Positions 17,801 to 27,000 of a stretch of DNA of 32,000 bases are shown piece after piece; the first letter of the stretch is position 1; every line of letters begins with the position of its first letter. The notes beneath the pieces are model-generated. The model was not told the DNA's origin. It did no database searches and saw only the letters and a list, made by a program, of their open reading frames with translations. The position numbers were made by a program, and so were the translations under genes. This stretch comes from an uncultured archaeon (GTDB lineage: Archaea; Iainarchaeota; Iainarchaeia; Iainarchaeales; CSSED10-239): assembly GCA_964591795.1 (NCBI GenBank), contig CAZQEL010000001.1:30001-62000 (forward strand). The letters are read 5' to 3'.

Positions 17801-18215
17801 CTTTTTTAAAAAAATTACCTGTCTTTTTAAAAAAACCAACTTTATTAACATTACTTAAATTCTTTTTAATTTCAGTTTTTGGTTTTTCTTCTTTAACATT
17901 TAGTTTATTTGAAGAACTAGTTTTATTAACAAGTTCTTTTTTTAAATTATTTTTAGCAGAATTTGTACTATTAATTGATTTTGACAATTCACTTAAAACA
18001 TACTCTTTTGTATTAGCTAAAGATGCAACTTTTTTTAATGGAAGTTTATTATTTTTAATAATTTTTAAAACAAGATAACCTACGTTATCATTATACCCTT
18101 GTAACTTTATTGTTTCTTTAATTTCTTTTTCAGTAAAATTCATTGTTTTGTCTGATAGTAGACTATAAAGCTTTTCTGCTTCGATTTTATCTTGAGATTT
18201 TTTAAACAATGACAT
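11880..18215 (-). CDS. giant surface protein (2111 aa): cytoplasmic Lys-rich N-terminus, one TM anchor, beta-sandwich repeat stalk, conserved Cys-containing C-terminal module
   Basis: Uninterrupted 6.3-kb ORF. The TM segment FPSFILFLLILALLLYLILSGTL is at about aa 171-192. There are several carboxypeptidase-regulatory/transthyretin-like units, for example GVDVYDPAGVPLNGALVTFQ...NVFGEAIFKDL and VKNISGDALLGSDVTVYN...DIYGLGEFSL...TKEGY. N-x-S/T sequons are abundant. The C-terminal ~480 aa is homologous to the C-termini of the 2505-aa and 973-aa proteins. Confidence 0.9.
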   Translation of the reverse strand: MSLFKKSQDKIEAEKLYSLLSDKTMNFTEKEIKETIKLQGYNDNVGYLVLKIIKNNKLPLKKVASLANTKEYVLSELSKSINSTNSAKNNLKKELVNKTSSSNKLNVKEEKPKTEIKKNLSNVNKVGFFKKTGNFFKKGYFFFEDNYYKMIDGISKVIPVNKLTDRIDKVFPSFILFLLILALLLYLILSGTLSFSKSWTIGVDVYDPAGVPLNGALVTFQINDENISFLTTNVFGEAIFKDLKSKKQNVNLIVSKEHYTTLNHSFKLSKNSLRQTVTLLIDLDSPLLPVGEEEEREIMFVENNDILILNTTLNIVFSCTNNEKIPTPKNTLIANGRITVKTPAACGRLRVSVTSNKFSSITNKVIGSNNKVVLTRITSDIGKLGFSVKNISGDALLGSDVTVYNYSQSNFILPLDNKQTDIYGLGEFSLDPKQYLLTVTKEGYLTYPKKGPLTVFKEETINTSFVLFTRDDLINFDCTLPKYSNFCVAGVIDCNNEHLKPFLNINSDGICILGTTGYISVTLKDANTSEPVFGDITLESKLKDTNESYVFTEYIAEDTNYYSFNVINFYDYRVRIINTEINGYNQPDPVLVTSLDRNIIIPLEFSSELNSGKIGVNVKDNIQNISNARVYLYREVDNNFVLTNPVSKFTNQFGDVNFELQRAHKNYYAYAVHGIVDREGTSSTEELDVNAFLPLFVNLQDIPKILNLKVTPNINFDINFYDVEHNSVIDYVSVDVDSNIQYYFIGGVNRVYAVISTQGYTTYQTEVLTLVPDQEIFKEVSLTSLVACSDSKLELTGLYNKTGTRIVTNIDYNNNGLDDEYRLKFKYTSCFSDSEIKYLHLRAGNEIFIDDDYIYFVSDDILSDEIQIDRGYKFSGEHIPDFNITLFNQNYTTDQGYDYNGNKYKWFEVNVMDLSPNVLEFSANIKFKEAPVAPTDFYKLSYRSLATKYGEIYNFDPIQSISWNEVPIYPDGYFYSKTNKYQIPFNNLDYIYSKKIKDFNGTVLTPYVDGYSVSIETNYKYDIYYLYLKNLLRQGSIDQTSSYTNNNLEYASYGYLLDSGDPDGNMDPIVYYQTVINDYNYSINLIDANRGYNINTYTIFKPTGFFENTAYSEPVLSTDILNNFPIINTSLYSYYSDVNFVFEITSNLNNDIFIGQNNVSFKVVDNYNAPIENILIKYQVTGGEAISLGDTDAQGLLTDQNIYLPVEDMSKKINFYFIFTPEAGFINNTVVRSKTIESGYSILENNINLSTYFYRLNDSIIFGDVNLENYNILKQSTVVANLNDLTFTGASSVFDVNQIKSNLFTVNDLPKDINQVQTLVLTSLVLNDDISTGVDINESYTNHLKFNDDTTLLLDVNSNIVVQNLGSINYSASYPNPNKGVRYSDENEVYDIEIIKDINPSIVIDYNLSSDVNAVLKNIIVDSLPLFIDNSVFNDSINLNNQNILSSVLIPINFKFNDAYTGDYPTNNSAIVLTFNILLNGNDVNFTQTFNVKAYNSESIVNISHITWNSVEIFCISQDECSQSKIYSFNNNLNLYKVKLLTPVSLNPIDENLSVNNLSSELSLITTDITRSVTYNSNFSDLSLDETTGIENTLFNFKVLDILNSDFNKNVLADYTIFKLDPEITQSTIDFDYCIGVGGQNDGTDMFILGYCQDQTDSCKTGLEYLPKVFFNWGEEYEEGGWTNKCIGNNVSEMYEKYACDSLQMLISIFYKIQNCVEGPFYIKLMNDGISDNLLKDFIDYRDNDAFSQFSKFSKPNNSNLFTESSVNDGDLKITFDNNSTQKTFMPGIYKVDVYGNDNDYYQNSMDDTKIDIQLLFVKNLSSSELSAFHYMPFDGRLNQNGTRDGYGIQTNNYDPIIQIRSDSIVDLNYSLVNNPINTLAINNYNSLGNLNNIIDSEGYILDLKKFNDGQLQMTYSLSYPIPLYSYAACLLNSKLSYNLLHSGDNSLDPLIGSNFLKWTSNDIVFIDNLYSSDDIGRYILDTSTVTDNNISLTTMLYIPTDLDLSQFKFKTSQLSNSDFTKIFSKSNLIGNVEDITFKNSDHNLGNNLNNLKTIKGIFEFVKNEKACIHKSPQRTYIKWVDSEVNFTQNELDIIISNIPSDYICPVINNT

Positions 18216-18238
18216 AATTTATCTTTTTTTTAATAATT

Positions 18239-20527
18239 TTATTTAAATATTGGAGTAAATGGAAAATCAAAACTTTTATTTCCAGTATCAGAAGTAATTG
18301 TTCCAACTAATCTATAATTTTGATAATAACAATAAATATCTTTTTCACTAAGATTCATTAAAGGATCATAATACCATTTTAAATTTGCAGGTTCTATTTT
18401 ATATTCATAAATTCCAAGTTTAGGATTTAACTCACCTATAATTATAAATTTATTAGTATACACCGGAAGTTCTTTTTTTAAAAAAGGATTATAATTTATA
18501 AATTTATTAAAATTAATATTATTTTTAGCATAATAAATATTTAAATCATTTGCATTAATTATACCTTCATTATTTGAATAAAGAGAATATGTTTTAGAAA
18601 ACTTAAGCTCAGTTGAAACTGGCATTATTTCATCAGTTAAATCATAATAATCACACAAAGAACATTCTTCATTCAAAGAAAATACACTAGGTATACTTTG
18701 AGAAATAAATGAACTAAAATCTTCTTTATTTGCAGAATTAATATTTATTTTTCCAGTATTATAATCGAAATTAGAATTTGGATTTTTTATATAACATCCA
18801 GAATTAATATTTATAGCTCTATTAGTTGTTGATATAATGGAATTATTATCTTCAGTTAAAGTTGAAATGGTTGAAACTTTTGATGGAAGATAACTACCAT
18901 TTTCTAAAACATTAATTTTTAAGTCAGAAGTATTTGCAGACACATTTTTTTTACTATTTAATATTAATTGTAACTTTTTAGATTTATTAATTAAGTAATC
19001 AATAAAAATATTTTGTGTATAACCAGGAATGCCGTCTACTCCATTATTTCCAACAACACCTTTTAAACCAGCTTTATTAGCTTCTAAATTTAAATTAAAA
19101 ATATTTGTGTTTTTTAAAATATCTACTTTGAAATTAGAATTATAACTTCCACCATTACCACCATTACCAACTTCACCAACCTCGTAATGATTATTTTTAG
19201 AACCACCATTATTTCCTTTACCAGTGAACGCATTAAAATTAAAAATACCATTATTATTTATTTGACTAAATTCATATTGTGGATTAATACAATCAAAACC
19301 ATCAGAACTCCATCCTACTTGACAAAAAAATATAGAACCACCAGCACCACCATCTCCACCTTTTGCATAATCACTAGCTCTACCACCATCAAAACCAGTG
19401 TTAGCACCCTTACCACCATTTCCTGCTAAAAGATTTACATTAAAATTATTATTATTTAATATTTTATTTATATAAAAAATAATATTTCCACCAGCACCAC
19501 CAAAACCACCAGGTCCAGGATGATGAGACCAGTACACAGTACAAGAAGTTCTTCCAGCATAAGATCCATCACCACCAAAACCACCATTTCCTGCAATTAA
19601 ATTTAAATCGAAATTCCCATTATTATCTAAATTATCTAAAATAAAAAATATATTTCCTGCAGGATTTGCATCAGATCCTTTTTGTCCATTACACATATAT
19701 GGAACTTGACCATTTTGACTATTTTGAGATTTTAAAGTTAAATCTAGCACACCATTATTTATAAGTGTATTTCCATTAAAATAAATACTTCCACTATATG
19801 GTGTATAAGGTAAATTTAATTCAGCACAAAAAGTTTGAGGTATATTCATATTAAAATTAAGTTTTGAATTTTTAAAAACATTTAATTGTTTAAATTTAAA
19901 AGTAATGTGATCATGAATATAATCATCAAAACCACTAGAACAAACAAATCTTGTTTTTGAAACCATATTAATTAAAGAAGTACCAGATATATTTACAATA
20001 GGAACATCCAAATCAAAAGTTGCAGAACCTAACTTATTATTATTATTCACAAAAATATCAATATCATGATTATTTGTATTTAAAGTATCAACTCCTGAAA
20101 GAGTAATATCTTTTGTATTATTTTTCATTTCAAAATTTAAATCAACATTTAAAACTAAATTTATTTTTTGATTAGTACAAGAAGATTGTTTAGTGAAAAC
20201 CAAATCAGAATAATAAAATATTTTTGATGGAGAAGGTATGTAAGATGTAATTGCTTGTTCAATACAGTCTCTATATTGCTCATAGGTTTCATAATAATTA
20301 CCAATTATATAATTAGTTTTACAAACAGATTCTGCATCTATAAATGCTGAAGTCTTATCAGTAGAATTAAAAAATGTAAAATAACACTCATCAGCAGTAG
20401 TACAACCTAAATCTACTTTAGTTAATTCAAATGGAGTATTTATAGAACATACTTCAGAAAAAACATATGATTGTATAAATAATAAAAAAACTATTAAAGT
20501 AATTGTTATTATTATTTTTTTAATCAT
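18239..20527 (-). CDS. secreted Cys- and Gly-rich repeat protein (762 aa), predicted beta-helix-like
   Basis: The signal peptide is MIKKIIITITLIVFLLFIQSYVFS. The central region has 4-5 degenerate ~45-55 aa units of the form GG(N/S)I(F/I)F...NN(G/N)xF(D/N)(L/V/F)N(L/A)xxG(N/K)GG... Examples are NNGNFDLNLIAGNGGFGGDG, NNNNFNVNLLAGNGGKGANTG, NNGIFNFNAFTGKGNNGG and NTNIFNLNLEANKAGLKG. Confidence 0.85.
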   Translation of the reverse strand: MIKKIIITITLIVFLLFIQSYVFSEVCSINTPFELTKVDLGCTTADECYFTFFNSTDKTSAFIDAESVCKTNYIIGNYYETYEQYRDCIEQAITSYIPSPSKIFYYSDLVFTKQSSCTNQKINLVLNVDLNFEMKNNTKDITLSGVDTLNTNNHDIDIFVNNNNKLGSATFDLDVPIVNISGTSLINMVSKTRFVCSSGFDDYIHDHITFKFKQLNVFKNSKLNFNMNIPQTFCAELNLPYTPYSGSIYFNGNTLINNGVLDLTLKSQNSQNGQVPYMCNGQKGSDANPAGNIFFILDNLDNNGNFDLNLIAGNGGFGGDGSYAGRTSCTVYWSHHPGPGGFGGAGGNIIFYINKILNNNNFNVNLLAGNGGKGANTGFDGGRASDYAKGGDGGAGGSIFFCQVGWSSDGFDCINPQYEFSQINNNGIFNFNAFTGKGNNGGSKNNHYEVGEVGNGGNGGSYNSNFKVDILKNTNIFNLNLEANKAGLKGVVGNNGVDGIPGYTQNIFIDYLINKSKKLQLILNSKKNVSANTSDLKINVLENGSYLPSKVSTISTLTEDNNSIISTTNRAININSGCYIKNPNSNFDYNTGKININSANKEDFSSFISQSIPSVFSLNEECSLCDYYDLTDEIMPVSTELKFSKTYSLYSNNEGIINANDLNIYYAKNNINFNKFINYNPFLKKELPVYTNKFIIIGELNPKLGIYEYKIEPANLKWYYDPLMNLSEKDIYCYYQNYRLVGTITSDTGNKSFDFPFTPIFK

Positions 20528-20556
20528 ATTTGACTTTCCTTTTTTTTTAAATAATT

Positions 20557-20931
20557 TTAAGATAATTTAAATAAAACATTAATGTTTTCATCAGAATATT
20601 CTATAGTTTGAAATTTAATAAAAAATTTGTGTAAATTATTATTTTGTTTAATTTTACTTGGAACTAGTATTTTAAAAATAACTAAGTTATTATTAAGCAC
20701 ACTAACATTTAAATCATAAATATCAGTAAAAACTGAATTATTAAATGTTTGAAATTTACCATTTGAAAAATTAGAAGAGTCTATTAAATTTAAAGGTATA
20801 CCATCATCTCCTTTTATAACCCCAAACACAAAAGGATTTACATATATTTCATCATCAAAACTATAACTAGCAGCAACTACAAATGAATAAAAAATTATTA
20901 TTGCAAAAAATAAATATAGAAATCTCTTCAT
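20557..20931 (-). CDS. small secreted protein (124 aa) inside the giant-protein cluster
   Basis: The N-terminal signal-like segment is MKRFLYLFFAIIIFYSFVVAASYS and the rest looks beta-rich. It is flanked at 29 and 71 nt by cluster genes on the same strand. No family recognised. Confidence 0.65.
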   Translation of the reverse strand: MKRFLYLFFAIIIFYSFVVAASYSFDDEIYVNPFVFGVIKGDDGIPLNLIDSSNFSNGKFQTFNNSVFTDIYDLNVSVLNNNLVIFKILVPSKIKQNNNLHKFFIKFQTIEYSDENINVLFKLS

Positions 20932-21002
20932 AAATAATTACACTTGAATATTATCCTTGAACTATAAAATATAGTTAAGCAATATATTTATATATATTAC
21001 TT

Positions 21003-24000
21003 TTAACTACATTTTAAAGCATCACGTTCAGCTATAAATTCTTCAGGATAAATTTCAGCAGGGTTATAGAAAAACTCAGAAGAAGAACCATCTGTTGAAT
21101 TTAGAACACAAATCTGATTTTCTGCAATTAAATCAAACACACTCTTTATAGAATTAATACTAGAAACTGCAGTTTGATATCCTAATGAAACATTTGGACT
21201 AAAGTCAGTTCCATTTAATGAAAATTTAACACCAACATCTTGATCTGACTTATTCTCAAGAGTATATGTTTCTTTTTCAGGAGCATAGAAAATAGTTCTT
21301 AAATAAATTTCACCTGTTTTAATAACTTGTGGCCAATCTAAAATATAGGATGATTGAGGACCATTAAGTGATGCATATCTATCATAGTAAGCCATGTTAA
21401 ATATACTATTTCCTGAAAAGTCACAGCCAGAACCAACACCAGTCCATCTTAAAAGAGAAGATGAGTCTGTAAGTGTATTATCTGACTTATCTTTCAACCT
21501 ATAAAACACATTTAATGGATTAGTATTATTTTTTGTAACTTCCATTAAAATTGGCACAGCTTCACTTTTGCTTAAAATTAAATCAATATTATTTGCATTA
21601 TATTTAACACTTAAAATATTACCTCTAGTTTCAAGAGAAGAATTAATTCTATAAAAATCACTTGAATTAGTAATATTTATATTTCTTAATGCATTTGAAC
21701 CATTATCTAAATCTGATTTTACATTATCTCCATCAATATTAATTATATCTCCAGTATAACTTACACCATATCCTTGTCTATTATAACCTGAATTTGTTTG
21801 ACCAACAAATCCATTGAATGGTATTCTATAAAATACACTATCTGTTTCTGGTGATTGTAAAAATCTAAATGTTACATAAGTATTTAAATCTACTTGATCA
21901 GCAACATCTGTAAATCTCCAACTACTATCATTAAATAAAAAATCAATTTTAATTTTATATTTACCAGGACTTGTTAGATTCACATTATTTTTTTCGCTTG
22001 AATATTGTTTTATAAAATATAAATTATTCTTAAAAAGTTCAGATAAATAACCATTACTAAATACTTCTGGTGAAGACATAAAAGTATAAATTCCTGTTCC
22101 AGAACCATCTTCTTTAGATGCTAAACCACCATATGCAACATCAAAATCATTTATAAAATTTTGATTATAGTTATCTGTTATTAAATACGCGTCAAACTCT
22201 AAAAGTTTTTTAAAATCTATAATATCCTGTTGACTCCAACCATTTCCATTAACATTATCAGGATACATATTTTTATTAAACCATAAATCAAGATAACTAA
22301 TTCCATTATAATTAGCTGTAGTTGAAGGAACCTTACAATCTGTTACTGGTGCTTCATCATATATATCTAAAGACACTATTGATTCAAATTTATTATTTTG
22401 CATATCAACAGATTCACCAGTAAGATTAATATTTAAAGATAAATCATCACCAATTATTGGTGAATTTGAACTTTCAGTAAATTCTAAAACTATTTCTGAA
22501 AAAGTATCATCTTCAGAAATATTTAAAGTTACAGGTATTAAATTTAAAGCTTCAGTAAAACCAACTAAATCTCCATCAGCATTTCTATAATAAGCAGCTG
22601 TAGGATATTCATTATTTAATTTAGCAACTATATTTCCAATTTTTATACTTCCAGATCTATTGTCTAAATAAATTTTAGAAATAAATTTATTTTCTGCAGT
22701 ACTTAATTCAACAGAATCAATACCAACTTTAGATACTGAAACATTATTATCAGCATTAATAGGTTCTGCATTTTTAATGTAATAAAAACCATTTAAACTT
22801 TGAATTACTTGTTCTTGAGGACTTAAAGGATATAATACTGTTCTTTGTGATATGAATTCTTCAGCTTTATTTATTCTGTTTAAAACAACTTGAGTTAATT
22901 GAGTTGAATCACAATATTTTTCAGAACATCTATTAATATCTTGAACTGACCAATCCCAATCTAATAATACATTTGGAACTGCACCAGAACCAGTTTTACC
23001 AGTTTTACCAGTATCTGTAACACAATCTTGAACTACCAAATTATAATTTTGTGTTTCTTCTGGTTTAGTAATAAAAAATCCAAATCTATAGTTTCCAATC
23101 TTTTCAGAATTTGCAAATGCAGGATCTTGTATTTCAACTGAATCTTCAAGTGTTGGATTAAATTCATAGTTTTTAAAATAATATTTCTTTGAATCATTAT
23201 TAATGTGACTATATATGTTATCAGTAAAACTAAATTGTAATGGTTTTATTCCAGATTGCTCTGGCCATAATGTTTCATTAACTTTACAAGTATAAAACAT
23301 TTCAGTTTCAAGTTGTATTCTATTTCTAGTTGGTTTTGCACCATAACATTTAATTGATTGAGATAAAACTCCATCTTCAATTGTTGGATTAAATGAATTA
23401 TCACAATTTCTATTTTTTATTATTTGAGAATAATAATCTTCAATACTTGAATTAGGATTATTACATAAAACATAATCTGTTAAAGATAAATCAGCGTCTT
23501 TTGTAAGTCTATCTTTAATTTTATTATAAATTTTATCTGAATCTTGTGTTCTTGTAATTAAATCATTATAAGTATAATATCTAGCACCAGTAATATCAAA
23601 AATATTTAAATAAGAAGATTCATCGGATACATCATCTACAGTGATTATTTTTAAAAATTCACCATTAGAAAGTGTATACTTTTGAGGAACATCTAAATAT
23701 TTATTATTTAAAACTGGATATGCAAATTCATTTTTCCAAGAAGTTGCTGCCCAAGAAACTAAAACAATCACAGCTAAAGTAATCCAACCATAAACAGGAA
23801 TAGCAGCTAAAACTGCAGCAAATCCAACAGATCCAGCTGCAGTAGCACTAGCAACTGCAATTTCAAGCGCTGCAGCAGTAGCAATACTTAAACCAACCGC
23901 AGTAACAGTTGCTGCAGCTAAAACAGTTATACCAATTGCAGCAGCAACAGGCATAGCACCTTCATCAGTAGTACCCATAAATTCTAAATTTTCTAAGGAT

Positions 24001-27000
24001 TTATAATTCATTTTTTGGAAAGCATCATCTTGTTTATTAAAAGTTGATGACAAATAATCAGAAAAGGTAGATGTAACAGTAACTCCATTTTGAGCAATTT
24101 GAGCTTTATATTGTTCAACATCCTGAACTGTAGGAATAGAATTAACATAATCCCAAGGAGTCTGTTCTAAATTATTATTATATAATCTTACACTTTCAGA
24201 AACTTTAGTAGTATCTGAAATTTCAATAAAAGGATCCTCCATCCATAAACCACTAGAATCTTTTGCATTTATTTTTAATAAAGCATAAGCTGAAGTAACT
24301 TCACGTCCAATATTATTAACAACAGATATTTTATTGTTTAAAACATAAGCACCAGGAGCAATAGTTGAATCTTTTCTTTTAATTGAAACAGTTTTTTCTG
24401 AGTCTAAAAGACTAAAATTTAAAATACCATTTTCTTCATCAGTATTATCAATAGATAAATCTCTACAGGAATAATCATTTCCTTCACAAAGATCCATTTT
24501 TAATGTTGCTTTACCAAAACATTCGTTTTTAATAGTTAGATCTTTAGCTACAGTATCCTCAAGAACAAAAAGACCACCAGAATTAATTTTTTCTCCACCA
24601 TCATAATAGGATAAACATTGTGTTAAATCCATAATTGATATATTTGCTTTTAATAAAATATCATTAGAACCTTTATTTACAAAAGTTAAACCCTCTTCTG
24701 TTTCTACTTGAGCATTTAAATAAATATCAGTTTTTACTTCTGCAAATTTAGCACCATTTGTGTTAAATGCAATTTCAACAGTATATTCTTCTTCAGGTCT
24801 CATTTCATTAATTAAAATTCTATAATAATTTTCTGATAATTGTATTTGATTAGAAGCACCTGAACCAATTAATTTTAAGAAATAAATACCATATCTATCT
24901 CCATTAGATTTAATTTTTGCTTGAACATTCTTAATTGTTATAGGTAAATTTCCTTCTTTAGAGATACAAGTGTTTTTTATTTTTAAAGTTGTAGATTGGG
25001 TTGTTGTTGAAACAACTGTATTCCATTCACCAGCACTTTGAGTAACAACTAAACAATCATCTTCTAAAACACCGTTTCCAACAGATAATTTTACATTAAC
25101 AGGAATATTAAATAAATATTTTTGATTATTTAATAAATAAGTGGCAGTTAAAGCACCTAAAATATTTTCACTTACAGAATGTGATTGAGCACTTTCAGAA
25201 GGTGCAAATTTAATTAAAATTTCTTTAGATTCGTTTGCAGGTATTACAAAACCATCAGGTGTACTAATTATTTGATTATTAAGATAATTAACAGTTTGTA
25301 AAAGATTTAATAAATAGGATTTATTAAAAGAAACATCCTGTTCATTAAATTGATTTAAAATTAATGGATATGCAGTTTTATTTTTAAGTTCTAAAGTATA
25401 TATCTCCCCATCCATATTTGTCTTATGAATAAATACTTCTAATGGTGAATTTGAATTAATTATTTCAGAATTATTAAAAATATCAATAATATCTCTAGTA
25501 ATTGAAAATTCAACTGGATCTGCAAAATATTTAGATTTAATAGATTCAATTATAAAAGTTTCTCCTGGTCTTAAAGATGGAAGACTAATTGTAGCTTTTC
25601 CTTCTGCATCAGTTGTTCTACCAGTTGAAACTATAGTTGTTCCAGTTATTGTTTTTTGTAAAATATTAATATTTGCACTCTCAACAGCATTTCCAGTAGT
25701 ATCTTTAACAATTACGGTTAATGTAAATGGAACACCAGGTACAATATTTTTAGGTTCATAATCAACTATCATTTTATCAAGATCTGATACAACAAAGTTA
25801 ATTGGTAAAGTATAAATTACTGATTGTTCAGAAACAATTCTAGTTTGAAGTTTTGATTGTCCTAAAATTAATGGGAATAATTTTAAATTAAAATTTATAT
25901 TTGAAAACGGATTTAAATTATCCTTTAAAAGTTCATTTTCATAAAATGGAAGTTTAAAATTAGTTTCTCCAGTTGCAGTTTCGCCCACTGATGAAAATTC
26001 ACCTGTAACATCATATGATTTAATACCAACCATAGCTGTAGGATTACCTTCAGAATTAACATTAACTGCTGAAAGTCTAGCATCAGGATAATTATTAGGT
26101 GATGAGTTTGTTATTTGATATTCTAAAGTATAATCAGAGTTAACAAGCATTGGAATATTTTTATTTCCTCCAATATCATATCTTAATCCTTCTGAAACAT
26201 CAACATATTGTCCTGAGAAACAAAATGTAGTATTACAAAGACTTGTTGCTTCTACAAAATATTGTAATTGAGTATAATTTTGAGTCATGTAGTTTATAGA
26301 TGTAATTGATGATGTATAAAAGAAAGATACTTTATCATTAGTTTGTGCATTTCTAATTCTTACAGGAATTGTAATTTCATGAACTGATGCTGGAAAATCA
26401 TTTACTTGTATATTTACAAGTTTTGATTCTAAATAATTACTTGAATTTGAAAAAGGTTCACTCTCATAATAAACAGCTACACCTAAAGAGTTATTTTCAG
26501 ACATTATAAAAATAATATCATCACTAACATTTATTTCACTTCCAGCTCTAAGTGTAAAATTAAAATTTGTACTTGAAGATGGCATTATAATTTTATATTT
26601 TAAATAAAATACTTGATTATTTTTTAAAGATTCAACTTCTTGATAGTCAGTATTATATAAACCTAAATATTCAGTAACAACATCTTCAGTTGTAAGCGCT
26701 CTTTCTAAAATAATATTTTTAATAATAGTTTTACTTTTATAAATTCTAAACATTTCAGTAAAATAAGGTAAATAACCATCAGTTTCTATTTTTATGAAAA
26801 CTTTTTTATCTGCTTTTATTTGATTTTGCAAAGTACCATTAGCTGAAGCCATTGCAGTTCCTAAAACAGCACCTGTTTCTGAATAAAAAGTTACTGTTGA
26901 ATTACCAACTATTTCTTCTAATTTATTTTTTACATTTAAATTAATTGTTCCTTTTCCAATAATAACAGGAAGAGTAATATTTGTATCTGTTGGTGGTAAA

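Noticed and set aside
22985-23015. P-loop-like string TGKTGKTGSGA in the 2505-aa protein
   Set aside because: The spacing does not satisfy Walker A (GxxxxGK[ST]). The equivalent position in the 973-aa paralogue is GMLLGQTGSE. The region is predicted to be extracytoplasmic, so this is most likely a Gly-rich loop.
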